Shown here one piece after another: positions 50,885 through 63,663 of a DNA stretch of 64,000 bases. Position numbers and translations under genes: made by a program. The DNA comes from Bugula neritina (lineage: Eukaryota; Animalia; Bryozoa), in NCBI GenBank assembly GCA_964035545.1, contig OZ037773.1:62001-126000 (forward strand). Reading direction: 5' to 3'. The number at the start of each line of letters is the position of its first letter. Position 1 is the stretch's first letter. The notes beneath the pieces were generated by a model. The model was not told the origin of the DNA and did no database searches. It worked only from the letters and a program-made list of their open reading frames with translations.

Positions 50885-53800
50885 ATGGCGAGAGCACCAA
50901 CTCGACAAGGAGAAAGTGAGCCTGCTACTATAATAGCCCCAGAGGGCCCAGCATTACAAGAGGAAGAGGCTTATCGGTACCGGTTGAAAGCTCCCACCTT
51001 TACTGGGTCGGAAGATGTTGAATGATTCATACAGGAGTTTAGAGAGGTAATAGACATCGCTCAATGGCTGCCCAGAGTGGCCCTTATTCAATTGCGGAGG
51101 GCATTGGCGGAGCAAGCTAAACCGAACGGGCTAGGAACCAACATAAACGGGATCTTTGCTGCGCTACGGGCCCGCTTCGGCATCTCCGCAGTAGACGCCA
51201 GGGCCCGCTTACAGAAGTTGTGCCGCGCCCTGCGGACCCCGTTACAAAAACATGCTGCTACGGTGAAGAAACTGGCGCAAGTTGCGTATGGCGACCTGCC
51301 AGCACAACACCAAGAGCGCTACACTTATGATGCTTTCGTCCAGTCACTGAATGACCTGGGCCTACACCACCAACTAGAAGCCAAAGGAGTGACCACAGTA
51401 GAGGACGTCCTAAAGGCTGGAGAGGCTTACTTGTTGGCTACTCAACTGCATAGAGGGCAAGGAAGCCCGCCGCCGGCTGGAGTTAATGCCGCAGGAGGAT
51501 ATGTGGCACCACAATCTCCCTCTCGGACTATGGTGGTCCCCGAAGTTCCCCCCTTGAAAGCAGAAGTAAACCGCATAATGGAGATGCTGGAACTGCTAGT
51601 AGCAGTTCTTGCCAACACTGGCCACAGTCAGGCCCGGCGGTTGCCCCCAGCACTTGTGGGTCCGGGCTGGGGTGGTGGTGGTCAGAGCCACCCCCAGCGA
51701 GGACAACCCCAGGGCAAGGGGGTGTTAAACTGTCAAGGCACGTGGACGCCTTCCCTCTCTGCTGGCCAAGACTGGAGGAACATGGTGGGACACGCCGCGG
51801 CCTGTCTGTACAGACACGACGGTATGCCCCCCCCCCCAAGTGGCAGGTACCACTTAGGACTAGCCGACCCTCACGGCGGCCGAGTACCTTCTCCCTGCCA
51901 CTCACTAACCGGTTCCACCGGTTACCCGAGGAAGAGTAGCCTGCCACTGATATAGAGCCGGAAGGCCCAGTGGGGGGCTCCGAGCCCCGCCGGCGCCAAC
52001 CACGCCGCCGGAAACCCGGTAAACCACGGGTAAAACCCTCGCAGCCCTACCCAGTCAGAACTGAGCATGAGGGGGGTGAAAGTACAACCACACGGAGATA
52101 GCTATTTCCTACCCGGAAAAGTGGCGGGTAAAGCTGTCACTTTCCTGTTAGACTCCGGCTGTACTACAAACCTTCTCAGTCGCAGGGTCTTCGAGACACT
52201 GCCCCGCCGGGACAGGGATAGAGTACGACCGTATACGGGAGAACATGGCACCCTAGCAGATGGGTCGTGTATCCCCTTCCACGGTATCATCCAACTCACT
52301 GGGCGTGTCCGAGACCAGGCTGTACAGGAGACCTTCGTCATAAGCCAGCTGGAGGAAGATGCTATCCTCGGAATGCCCTTCTTGAAACGGCACCAATGCC
52401 GCATAGACTTTAGCAAGTCGGCAATGCTGATGGGCAGGCGAGAACTCGCCTGTGTGGATAAGTCCGGGCGTCCTCTAGTGGGCGGTGTCCAGGTAGTCCA
52501 GAACTGCACCATACCGGGACGCTCTCGGGTCACTATCCACTGCCAAGTGAACAATAACCTGGACTCGGGGTGGTTGGAGGCGCGCACTAAATAATCCAAC
52601 TTGCCAGCAGTTTAAACCAGCTGACTGAGCGAGGAGAGATCTTAGTGCAGTGTGTAAACCCCTTTACTGAGTCCACCAAGCTACCAGCTGGATCTATGCT
52701 GGGCCGGTTCGACTCTGTCCAATGGGAGGACGTGGGCCCGTCGCTGGGAGATGCGACGGAGGAACCCCCTCGACACCCTAACAAGGGGCGAGGGGCTGTC
52801 CCAACACACATCCGGGAGCTATATAAGACAGCCTGTGGTGGCTGCGCGAGCAACGAGGAACGCCAGGTTATGGCGAAGTTGCTTGGTGATGTGTTCAGTG
52901 GCGGAGATCACGACGTCGGACTGACTGAAGCTGTCAGACACGAAAGACCGCTGACTGCAGGGACAGTCCCTATTCAGCAACCCACGTGCAGGTTGGGGCC
53001 AGAGAAAGAGAAGGAGGTCAGCCGACAAGTCCGGGATCTTCTGGACCGAGGCCTCATCGAGCCAGCCCACAGTGCGTGGAGCTCGCCGGTCGTGTTGGTC
53101 TGGAAGAAAGACGGCAGTTGGCGGTTTTATGTGGACTACCACTAGCTCAATAGCGTAACCATACAAGACGCCTACCTTCTATCTCGTATTGATCAATCCC
53201 TGGACACCCTAGCCGGCAGCAAGTACTTCAGTACGTTAGACTTGTTGAGTGGTTACTGGCAGGTTCCTCTGAGTCCTGACGCCCAGAAGAAGGCGGCGTT
53301 TATAACATGGGACAGACTGTGGAAGTGGGAGGTGCTGCTTTCTGGGCTAACCTCCACCCCGGCCACCTTTCAGATGCTGATGGAGCAAGTCCTCAGTGGA
53401 CTCCACTGGAAAACACTGCTGATCTACCTTAATGGTGTCATCGTGATCTCTCCAGACTTCGAGACACACAACAGTCATCTGCGGGAGGTTTTCGAAAGAC
53501 TCCGAGGTGCCGGTCTGAAGCTAAAACTATTCAAGTGCGCTCTGTTGCAGCCGGAGGTCAAGTATCTGGGGCACGCTGTCGGTCGAAACGGCGTGGCAAC
53601 GGATCCCAAAAATAACAGGCTATAGAGGACTGGGTCACCCCCCAAGACTTGACCGGACTCCAGGTTTTCTTGGGTCTGTTAAGGTATTACAGACAATACA
53701 TACCAGACTTTGCGGGGATAGCACAGCCGTTAAACCGGCTCACCGCAAAGGGAGTGACGTGGCAGTGGACCCCGGTCGAACAAGGAGTGTTCGACCGTCT

Positions 53801-56353
53801 CAAGGGTTGCCTACTGACGGCACCCATCACGGCCTACCCAGACCCTACTCTGGAGTACATCCTCAACACAGACGTCAGTGACCAGAATGTTGGCGCTGTG
53901 CTGTCTCAAGTGCAGGAAGGCCGAGAAGTAGTAGTAGCCTACTACAGCAAGTCTCGCTCACCCACTGAACGAAATTACTGCACTACCGGCAAGGAGTTGC
54001 TGGCAGTAATCAAGTCAGTGAAGCACTTCCGACCATACCTGTACGGCAGGAAGTTCTGGCTGCGTACGGATCATGCCTCTCTGATCTGGTTGTGGAAGAG
54101 AGCAGAACCGTCCAGTCAGATCGCCCGGTGGCTCGAAATCCTGGCTGAGTTCTCCTACCGGATCGAACATCGACCGGGCAGGAGACACAGCAATGCGGAT
54201 GGTTTGAGCCGCCGACCTGATGGAGGTTGCAAACAGTGTTTCAACAATGGGAGGAGGGACGGAGGTGCCCCGCGATGTGAACTAGAGACGCTGGCTCACC
54301 CCGGAGCACAGTTTGACTGGGACCAGGGTCAACTCACACAGAAGGTTGACGAGTCCCGGGAGGTTGTACAAAACCTCCGCGCCAACCCTTTTTTTGCCAA
54401 TAATGTCCGGGAGCTGAAGAAGCTTCAGGAAGAGCTGCCTGGAGTAGTGGCAGACATATATCGGGCCAAAAAGGAAAAGCGACGACCCAGCTAAGAACAA
54501 CTACGGCAGGGATGCGCCGAATTCCAGCTGTTCTGCTAGCGTTGGGACTCGCTGAGGATCGGGCAGGAAGGTCTGCTGACCATTTCTCTAGCTGCTAGCG
54601 GCAGACACCCAGAGAGGAAGAGGGTGGTCTGCCCCAGCGCCATACGTCGTGAGTTAATTTGGGACACTCACAAACAGGCTCACGCAGGAGTCAAGAGAGC
54701 GATCTCCTAATTAAAACTCCGGTGGTACTGGCCCAAGATGGGGCGCGATGTCCGACTCAGAGTAAAACAGTGTGAATTCTGCCAGGCCAGCAAGCATGGC
54801 CGTCTCCCTGGCGAAGCGGGACGGCAGAGGTTATATGCTGGAAGGCCGTGGCAAGTAGTAGCTGTCGACCTGGTCAGACCCTTGCCCCTAACCCCCAGAG
54901 GCAATAGTTGGATCTTTGTTTTGACCGACCACTTTACGAGGTGGGCGGACGCTCTGGCCATCCCAGATGCGTAAGCCCCGCAGTGGCCAGGGCGCTAGAC
55001 CAACATGTATTCTGTTACTTCGGGCTCCCCGAACAGATACACTCTGATCAGGGTGCTCAGTTCCAGTCTCAAATGATGAGCGACCTCTGCCGCCTCTGGG
55101 GAGTAAATCAGAGCAGGACCACCCCTTACCATCCTCAAGGTAACGAAGTGGTGGAGCGCAATAACCGGATGCCAGGTGATGCGCTCCGGAGTTTATTCCT
55201 CGGACGCAGTCAGGAGGAGTGGGACACGGTATTGCCGCAAGTCATGCGGGCATACCGTAGCACCCCGCACGCCAGTACTGGTGAAACCCCAAACCTCCTA
55301 ATGCTCGGGAGAAAGACTCGACTCTCTGACCATCTCACCTACCACGTTCCAGAGCAAGACAGCTTGGTCCACGAGTATGCCAGCGAACTTGTGGAACGGA
55401 TGACGGTCGCACACGAAATGCTGCGGGAAAAACAGTGGCAGGTGCGGCGCGAGGATTCCGAGGAACCACCCCTCTATCAGACAGGAGATTGGGTTTGGAT
55501 GGTCAATTACCGTAGGCGTCGCGGACAGGCGGCTAAGCTACAGCTCAAGTTCGTGGGACCCTACGTCATAGTCGAGGCTATGCCCAACCATACCTACAAG
55601 ATCGAGAGCTCAGGACAGGTGTCTATCCAAAATGAGGCTCGCTTGGAGCCGTATTGGGCTAGCCCAGATGCAGTGGGAGAAGCCCCGCCCCTTCTGTTGT
55701 TAGAGCCCAGTAGGCAGACGACAATGCGTGGGCGACCGCGGCATGGACCTGAATATGAAGTGGTCATTCCGCGGGAAGAAGACTTGGTACAAGACGAGCG
55801 ACCACTTTTGCCTACAAAAGTGCGTCCGCCGCCTCCTACACCAAGTCTGATTCCATCACTTCCGGAAACCGAGCCGGTTCCGGAAGTGCAAATCCCCACG
55901 GAGGGAGGGGCTCCATCCGGAGAACAGGAAGAAGTAACCACTACCGGTGAAGTAGAGGCGCCGCCAGAGGCCCCTGCTAGTCCACCAGTGAGTGCGCCAC
56001 CTTCCCTGGAGCGGGGACAACGTACAAGGCAACCCCCATCATATTTCAAAGACTTCGTATGTGACTGCATTAAAAGCGGCGCGTATGAAAGTCTAGAGGG
56101 GAACCGTACGGGGAAAGTATCGAGCAATTGTGGGAGTTGTCAACACCACGGAAATATCAACTTTTGTATCGGCGGAGTTGAGAATAAAATCATCCGCCGG
56201 GGGTGCAAAGTCCTAGTCACGCGCTCCAACCACGTTGCTCGATCTTTTCTTATGCTGATGCAGTCAAGAGCAGACGTGTTCCTAGTCAATACTAGTTCAA
56301 ACCATTTCACAAATTCAGTATGTCATACGATACCGGATCGTGGGGTGAGTTAA
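50885..56353 (+). pseudogene. gag-pol pseudogene of B2
   Basis: Fragments as in B1 plus integrase core, GPY/F and tail ORF 54908-56353. Confidence 0.92.
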
Positions 56354-57363
56354 CTATGTCTTGATATGGAAACTAGATTGCATCACTCAGCTTCGACTCG
56401 CCTGAGTCAATTGAGTTGGAGATAGGTTAGTGAACTACAGTGGTAGGAACTCAGTTTGACTTAGAGATTTCACAATCTCACTCCAATATGTGTTCTGTTC
56501 CAACTACTCACTGCCGTAAATCTCTACGAGTATTAACTGAACGAGCAGTTGCCAGGCTGTCCAAGCCGACAACACTACAGTGTAATGTACTAACACTGTT
56601 GAAACTCTTTCAGGTTACACTCGACCCGCTGTACCCAGAGTACGGGATAGAGCACCTCTCGCTCCGCACCTCAAGGAGTACGCCAATGGCAGACGACCTG
56701 AGCCACTGCGCCGCCGCTGGCGGTGGGTGTCGCCGGAGACGGAGAGGCAGATAGAAGCAGCCTGGGGACCGCAAGGAAGGACACAGTGTCCGATCTGTTA
56801 CGAAGAGTGCCCGTCTCACCGCTCATTGAAGCTACATGTCAACGCACACCTCCTACTAACCTTCTGTCCCTGCAGATAAAATGATGTCTACCCCTATCCC
56901 GTCACCCGACATCGAGCAGCTGGCTGTTTCCCCGGAGAGAACTCTGTGGTCGACGCTAAGCTTTACCCGGAATTTCTGACTCTAATACGGCCCTTAGTGA
57001 AGAAAGCAACATTACTGGCCGTCCTAACCTCCGGCTTCCAGCATGTATTAGACTATGCCAGGCAACAATCTCCATTGGTGTCTGACTGCCCTCAAATTAC
57101 TTATACCCCAGAAGAGTTCACATCCCAAAAAGAAGAAGAAGAAGCTTCACCCCCCCCCTCGTAGAAAACAAACCGTATTTCCGGACCCAGCTTGCCTGGC
57201 CACTGTAGAGGAGCGTCTCTTTCAGCTGCAGGCCGAGTTTACCCAGTTAGCTCCAGACCTACTCAGTACTTCAACGGGACTTTACCAACTGAAGGGCTCG
57301 GTAGGCCGGATTAAAAGAAAGCTACGTGCCCGTCAAGCTAAGCACAGGCTTACCAAACACTGA
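56320..57363 (+). pseudogene. ORF3 pseudogene of B2 (micro-exon 56320-56344, intron 56345-56613, exon 2 from 56614)
   Basis: MSYDTGSW G|GTGAGT...TACTAAC...CTTTCAG|; CPICYEECPSHRSLKLHVNAH; premature TAA at 56877 and a later frameshift. Confidence 0.85.
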
Positions 57364-57648
57364 CTCTGATTTTTCTGCCCGGAATGACCCGTAAGCCCCA
57401 CCTTCTTGGAAGTCCAAGACTATCATGTAAATGCTTGACAGCTCAACCTCCTTGTCCAACACCACAGCTAGCGGTATCCTCTCTCTACAGCTAGCCAATT
57501 GTATGTGACATGCTGTTATAATGATTATGTCTGTCATTGTTGTATCTATATATATGTTAATGCCTTTTTCTTTTGGTCTACTGGTGTTATGTGTGTTAAC
57601 AGTAAAATATTTTGTATCAGAAAGAGGGCTTTCTGCTGGTGGGGGCGG

Positions 57649-57948
57649 TGTGGTGGCTCGTGGAAATATTAATTCCCCCACTAGTGCAGCACGAGGTCAC
57701 GCAAATGACCCGGAACAATGGACAGCCAATTAGCGACACTGATAGTTAGTAGCAGTAGTTAGTTTTCCCGCTGTTAGTTAGTCGAGGATAGAGTGCTAAA
57801 TTGTATAGATGTATAGATTTACTGAATGTATTTGTATAGTTTTCGTGATGTATTCTTGTGTGTAAAATATACTCGTATTAACTCGGCTTATCCTGGTGAA
57901 GTTCTCTAGCAAATAAATAGACTCTCTGGATTGCACATCAACCCTAAA
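57649..57948 (+). repeat. 3' LTR of B2 (X-type, truncated)
   Basis: TGTGGTGGCTCGTGGA...ATCAACCCTAAA; clearly homologous to the LTR of C. Confidence 0.85.
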
Positions 57949-58182
57949 TGGGTTTGGCAATATTATTTATGTATAAACAATATGTGTGGTTATATGTGTA
58001 TTGTGTAATGGTAGCACTCAGGTTATAAATTCCGTGAGACAAATTTAGGACCTGCCTCTCTGGAAATGAATAAAACTATGGATTTTGCATGCGTTTTAAA
58101 ATATCTATTTGATAATAATATGAAAGCAAAATTTTAAGACAAGAAAAATTATTATAATAACTAAACCCAAAAGAAATAAAAT

Positions 58183-58183
<1 letters not shown>

Positions 58184-58258
<75 letters not shown>
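58184..58258. repeat. (CA)n(TA)n microsatellite at the truncation point of D
   Basis: Direct reading. Confidence 0.9.
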
Positions 58259-58260
<2 letters not shown>

Positions 58261-59238
58261 TAGCGACCCTTTGAAATCCCGCTGAGCCCTTCAATTCACT
58301 AAGGCCCATTGTAGTACTGAGTAAGTCGGGGGCCAATTGAGTAAATTTATCCTGCAGTCGTAGGAGTCTTTCCTCGACGGTTGTTAGTCGGTTAGGCCTG
58401 GTCGGAGTTGGCGTCGCTTCTTCTGGAGAATCTGATGCTTCCATGGAGGTGTTGTCTGGCCAGGGTATGATTGCAGCGACCGTTTTTACCATAGGGGATT
58501 ATTGACGGGCGGCTGTTAGCAGTGTATAAAATCCGGAGGATAATGCCCAGGTCAAAGCCTTCTTAACCACTGGTCTGACGGCTTCTAGATACTGGTCGTA
58601 ATTGTCCGCGTCCACTACATAGCCTTCGCCTGCAAAACAGTCCATCATATGTGCCACGGCGGGGTATGGGTATACGTCGTGAAATTTGCACAGACAGAAG
58701 CGTAGTAGGAACTGTGCATTCACATGAAGCCGTAGTCCTTGGTGTGAGGGAAGCTCCTCATAACACACGTGGCAGGTTCGTTGTGAGCCACTTGGTCCCC
58801 AGGCTTCTTCAATTTGTCGCTCCGTCCGTCGTGACACCCATTTATGTCTTCGACGCAGTGCCACGGGCAGTCCGTTGTCTGTTTCCGGTCCGTTATCCAA
58901 GGAGGAGAGGGGGTAGATCTTGTGACCCGGAGTTGGTCGATCGAGTGTGATCTGCAAGAGTATAGCAGTGTAAAGAGGGTACACTGAGTACAGCCGGCGT
59001 ATACAGCCTGGCGAGTACTTAACTCAATTTGACACTCGTGAGGCTCAGTTAATGAATAGTTGATCGAGAACACACACCGCTACGACAGACTGTTCAGTCT
59101 TAAAGTCAATGTGAGTTCTCACCCCTAAAAATCATTATCGAGTCTCCAGCTTATTCTGTTACTGTTAAGCTGATTAATACAGTTTAGTTCTCGTACCAAA
59201 AACATAACTAACTCACCTCTCGATTCTTGGCAAGCCAT
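58259..59238 (-). pseudogene. ORF3 pseudogene of D (micro-exon 59238-59217, intron 59216-58952)
   Basis: MACQESR G|GTGAGT...CTCTTGCAG|AT; CHVCYEELPSHQGLRLHVNAQ...CLCKF; RLTTVEERLLRLQ coiled coil; frameshifts. Confidence 0.82.
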
Positions 59239-59532
59239 TGTAACGAGAGTGGTATGTTTATGATTTCTACGTACGTCTACTCAAAGCTGTATCAATGTGA
59301 TAAAAGAACGAGCAGCGTGGTTGTGAAACGTGGCTAGGACTTATTACTTCCGGCGTATGAATCTCGTTTGAGATTCCGCCGAAGCAAAAGTTGATATTCT
59401 CGTGGTGTTCACAATTCCCACGTCTTGCCCTCTTCCCCATACGGTACCTCGTGGGACGTTTGACCGCGCCCTGAACGGCACGAGGTAAGTCCTTGAGATA
59501 CGCAGGGGTTTGTCTAGAACACCGTTTTCAAG

Positions 59533-59765
59533 GTGTCGTCACCAACCAAGGCGGTTTACTCACCCGTGGACGGTCACGTCTCACGGGTGGTGCCTCCAGC
59601 CAGTTTGTGACAAATGGAGCTTTCCTAGCATCTCCATACGGAGCCTGGGGAAGTGTCGTCCTCAGCCAAGGCGGTTTACTCACCCGTGGAGGGTCACGTC
59701 TCACGGGTGGTGCGTCCAGCCAGTTTGTGACAAATGGGGCTTCCCCAGCATCTCCGTACGGAGCC
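59533..59765. repeat. 120-bp tandem duplication in the pol tail of D
   Basis: Units start at 59533 and 59653. Confidence 0.9.
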
Positions 59766-60934
59766 CCTCCGGTGGGGGGTTTTGCACTTCCAGGTCGGTT
59801 TCTGACCTAGGAAGTGGTGGCGGCAGCTTGGACGCTGAAGGCGGTGAGCGCACTTCCCTGAACGGGTGTGGCTTTTCCTGCCTCGCCACAGCTTTGGGTT
59901 GCATCCTGGGCGTTTTGTCGACCAGGTCAGCAGTCTCTGTCTGCCCGGGCCCTTTTGCACTTTGCCTTCACCGCCCCACCTTGTCAGGAGGGCGGCCGTG
60001 CTTACTGGCCCGGCAGACTCCGCACTGCCTAACTCTGGGCCGTACTTCACGCTCCATGTTAGGCCAGTACCACCAGAGTTGTAGTTTGGTGAGCACCTGT
60101 TGGCCTCCCCCGTGAGCCTGTTGGTGTACCTCTTCTATCAACTCACGGCGGATGGCGGCAGGACAGAGGGTCCTCTCCTGGTCTGGCTGGTTGTGGTTAG
60201 TGGCCAAAGATATGGTCAGTAGACCATCCGGCCCGATCCGTAGTGCGTTCCAACGTCAGCAGTACAGCTGCCACTCGGCGCAGCCCGGCTTCCGTTGTTT
60301 GTCACTGGGTCGTCGCCCTTCCCGTTTTATTTGATAGACGTCGGCTACCACACCCGGAAGATGTTCCTGAAGGTGTCGTAGCTCCTTGACGCCATCGGTT
60401 GAGACGGGTTCGGCGTGGAGGTCCTGTGCCACCTCTGGGGGCATGTCAGGGTCCCCAAGGTGAGGTGCAGCCGCGGTTTTGTGTAGTAACGTGGCCGTCT
60501 CTTGGCGCTTCTCGTTATCTACACAACCGTCTGATTCTCCCCCACGAGTCCCCGGGCTGTGCGGGGCGTGGGATGAGGCAGTCCTCCGCCCTAGAGACGG
60601 GCTCTCTAGAGGACTTCCCATCGCGGTTTCCCGCGATGGCCTGCTGTTACTTTCTTGAACAGAAGGAGTACAGCTCGGTGGAGAGGTGGGTGGTAGGTTC
60701 ACCGTCTCCGAAGGGGAATGGAGGCATGGCACCGAGGTCTTTCCTTTCCCTGTCAGCTGGTTAGAGCTGCAGGCAGGTGGGACGCTCGGGTGCGCGCTCT
60801 CTACAACTCCCGTCCTGGAGGTGCGGCCACCGTCCACCTGGCGGTGGACGGCGCCCCGGGGGTGGCCGGGCATAGTACAGGTACGTACTATCGGCTCTTC
60901 TCCCGTTAGAGGATGGCCAATTTTATCGACACAG

Positions 60935-61690
60935 CACAGGATAGTTAAGGGCAACCATTTAGCTGCAACTGCCTTGCTGAGGTTTGCATTGTAATCATAT
61001 AAGAATTCAGTACCAGTAAAATAAAATCTCACCTAATTGTGCTAGAGTCAAAATTTAAAAACTATGTTGTAGATCTTCTTTTTCTCCAGTGTAACTTTTT
61101 TGGAAATTTCAATTTTCATTTTTTTTGCGCAGTTATAGACAAAAAACTGCCAAATTTTGGCCAATTTTGCCTGAAAAGCTGACTTTTCAGTACCAGTAAA
61201 ATATCTCAGCAGCAAAGCATGATATCTGAATAAAAATTGCACTGCTGGAATCCTGAGATATTTTTCCAGTGTAAGTTTTTTTCTTTTTTCAATAACTCTG
61301 CTAGATTGCTCACAAATTGGTGATTTATACACTGAAATTGCCATATTTTCTCATAAGAAACTAGCAGCGCGCAGCGCTTCACGCTTCACTGAGCACGTAG
61401 GGATGAGAAGATATTGGCGCCTACATAATAATTACAGACTAGCTAGCTGGCAGGCTATAATGAATAGCTTGCTTTGTACTTTGTTTATGTAGCACCAATA
61501 ATGGAATGTTGATAGATAACGCAGCCCTAACGAAGGTTGCTGCTTATTGGTTGTAGTTTTATCTTAGGCTAAACAATTACAAGTAGGCAACACGCATGCC
61601 ACCCGCAGGGCAATATTATTCAAGAACCCGAACTACATTTTGAGAGAAATTTATGATATTCTTAGTGAGGATGCCCTTAACTATCCTGTG
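60935..61690. mobile_element. Non-autonomous CACTA/EnSpm-like (CMC) DNA transposon nested in D
   Basis: 19-bp perfect TIR CACAGGATAGTTAAGGGCA; 2-bp TSD AG; removal restores pol ...ELACVDK... (TCGACAC-AG-GCGAG). Confidence 0.85.
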
Positions 61691-62345
61691 AGGCGAGCTC
61701 CCGGCCGCCCATAAACATCGCAGATTTACCAAAATCGATGCGACATCCGTGTCGTTGTAAGAATGGCATCCCAAGGATGGCGTCCTCTTGGAGCTGTCTG
61801 ACGATGAACCTCTCCTGGATGGTCTGGTCACAGACGCTCCCAGGGAGTTCAATGATACCGTAGAAGGGGATGCACGACCCGTCTGCCAGGGTGCCATGAT
61901 TGCGTTCGTACGGTCCCAACCTGCTTCGGATCTGAGCGCTGAGTGTGTCGAAGAATCGACAACCCAGGAGGTTGGTGGTGCAGCCCGTGTCTAACAGGAA
62001 TTTGGCAGGCTTGCCGGCTATTTGTCCTGGTAGAAACAGGCTGCTCTCGTGGGGATGTAGTGGTATCTTGGGTGACTTCATCTCCCTCGCCCTGGCGGAG
62101 GAGTTAGGTTCCTGACGACGACTGGGGACCAGCTGTCGAGGGGAGGGGCGCCACGCCTTGCGGCGTTTGAGCTTTTCCCTCCGCAGACTTTGCGGTCCGT
62201 CGTTTGTCGAACCTGTTGCGGGGTGGCATTGAGAACACCGGCGGCGAGCGGCTTGTACAGCCTGCTTGCCGTCCTGGTGGCCGTTTCGCGAGGTCCCGGA
62301 CGGGTGTCTGGCGTGGCGGACGCCACTGTGTCCTCCCTTGGGGTT

Positions 62346-63281
62346 TTAACGGCGGCCCGCCGGATGTGGGAGCATCCGCGGGCCGTCGTAGTTTAACCCT
62401 GGTTGAAGTCGGGGGCAGTGTTTCTGGAAGTGTCCTGGTCTTCCGCACTCCCAGCAAGAGGGGTGTCCTCTACCAGGCGACTGTACCGGTAGCCCGTCAA
62501 GCTCACGGGTGGTGTCTAGCTGGCTTAGAGGGGCCAAGGCGGAGACCAATTCGGCTAGCATGTAGGTCATTTGTGCGACCTTCGATGCCACCGTCATCTG
62601 CGTCACCTTGGCCACCGCTGGAGTTTCCGCGTGAGAAGCGGTAGGAGCAGCGGAGGGCTCCATGTCCACCTGGCGAGAAGTCACACGGTTCCGGTGCAGT
62701 TGACTCGCCAGAAGGTAAGCTTCCCCTTCTGCGAGCGCACCTTCGACCGTGGTGACTCCCCTCGCCAGGAGTTGGGGATGGAGTCCCAAGTCGTTGATGG
62801 ATTGCACGAAGGCATCATAAGTGTACCTCTCACGGTTTACTTGCGGCAGATCGCGGAACGCGATCTGCGCCAATCTCATTACCCTGGTAGCGTGCTCTTG
62901 TAGCGGCGTGTGAAGATCACGTCGCAGTCTTTGGAGACGGGCCCGCGCATCTACAGCGGAGATACCAAAACAGGCTCGCAGGGAAGCAAAGATACCGTCG
63001 ATGTCCGGTCCCACTCCGTATGGCTTGGCGTTGTCTGACAGCGCCATCCTGAGCTTGAGCAATGCTATTCTGGGCAGCCACTGTGCAACCTCCATTACAT
63101 CTTGAAATTCCTGAACGAATTGCTCCACCGGCTGCTCACCTGAGAAGGTGGGCACCCTCAGCCGGTACTTCTCTTCATAACATTCCCTATGCACTCTCAC
63201 TTCTGGTTCTATAGGTATAGCAACGTTATCTTCCTCACCTTCATTCCTTCGAATGGGTAGCTCTGTGCCTCTTTCTGTCAT
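62346..63281 (-). CDS. gag: Gag of D (311 aa, open, CCHC knuckle)
   Basis: CWECGRPGHFQKHC; homologous to gag of C; GTTAAAC slip site at 62397-62391. Confidence 0.9.
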   Translation of the reverse strand: MTERGTELPIRRNEGEEDNVAIPIEPEVRVHRECYEEKYRLRVPTFSGEQPVEQFVQEFQDVMEVAQWLPRIALLKLRMALSDNAKPYGVGPDIDGIFASLRACFGISAVDARARLQRLRRDLHTPLQEHATRVMRLAQIAFRDLPQVNRERYTYDAFVQSINDLGLHPQLLARGVTTVEGALAEGEAYLLASQLHRNRVTSRQVDMEPSAAPTASHAETPAVAKVTQMTVASKVAQMTYMLAELVSALAPLSQLDTTRELDGLPVQSPGRGHPSCWECGRPGHFQKHCPRLQPGLNYDGPRMLPHPAGRR

Positions 63282-63316
63282 CTTGATATACGCAAAGATC
63301 CCACCGCTGCCACCAC

Positions 63317-63663
63317 TGTTGTGAATTTTAGCACAATTATTAAGCGTGGATTGTATGCGTATTTAGTGTCAATTTAACTAGTAATCACTAGTCTGGCTTG
63401 CGTACGATAACCTTTATTTAACTCGATAAACATAATTATAACATCACATCAAAATACCACAATACATCAATCAATTATAAACACATGTTACTACTACGAG
63501 TCCCTGCTCTCAACAACACATGGTTTCTGCTGGCTAACCCGCGAACAGTGACTTGACCGGAACCTTGCCTTCCGGTCCTTCTGATTGGATAGTAGAACAT
63601 AATTATAAGTATTCCCATACATGAGGGGACGACCCCATTATTATACTACGTAATACCATTACA
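63317..63663 (-). repeat. 5' LTR of D (third LTR type)
   Basis: TGTAATGG...ACAACA followed by G and a perfect tRNA-Leu PBS. Confidence 0.8.

Larger units (their letters stand above)
34197..54960. repeat. Segmental duplication, copy 2
   Basis: Near-identical to 1-20755. Differences seen: 5 extra GT units, C11 vs C12, SNP G16709/A50915. Confidence 0.97.
50512..57948 (+). mobile_element. Degenerate chimeric Gypsy element B2 (Y-type 5' LTR, X-type 3' LTR)
   Basis: 5' LTR 50512-50819; PBS 50821-50838; broken gag-pol to 56353; ORF3 pseudogene; PPT 57635-57648; 3' LTR 57649-57948 lacking its terminal ~15 nt. Confidence 0.92.
58259..63663 (-). mobile_element. Non-autonomous Gypsy derivative D (lacks RT, RNase H and integrase core; 3' end truncated)
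   Basis: 5' LTR 63317-63663; perfect PBS 63298-63315; open gag; PR; HHCC; ORF3 relic; no 3' LTR. Confidence 0.9.

Noticed and set aside
56341-56754. Pol-ORF3 fusion via the GTGAGT donor
   Set aside because: In the pol frame the donor is phase 0, whereas the ORF3 acceptor needs phase 1; the product would stop after about 46 codons.
61048-61344. 98-aa ORF as a transposase
   Set aside because: AT-rich sequence inside a 756-bp non-autonomous element, with no transposase motifs.
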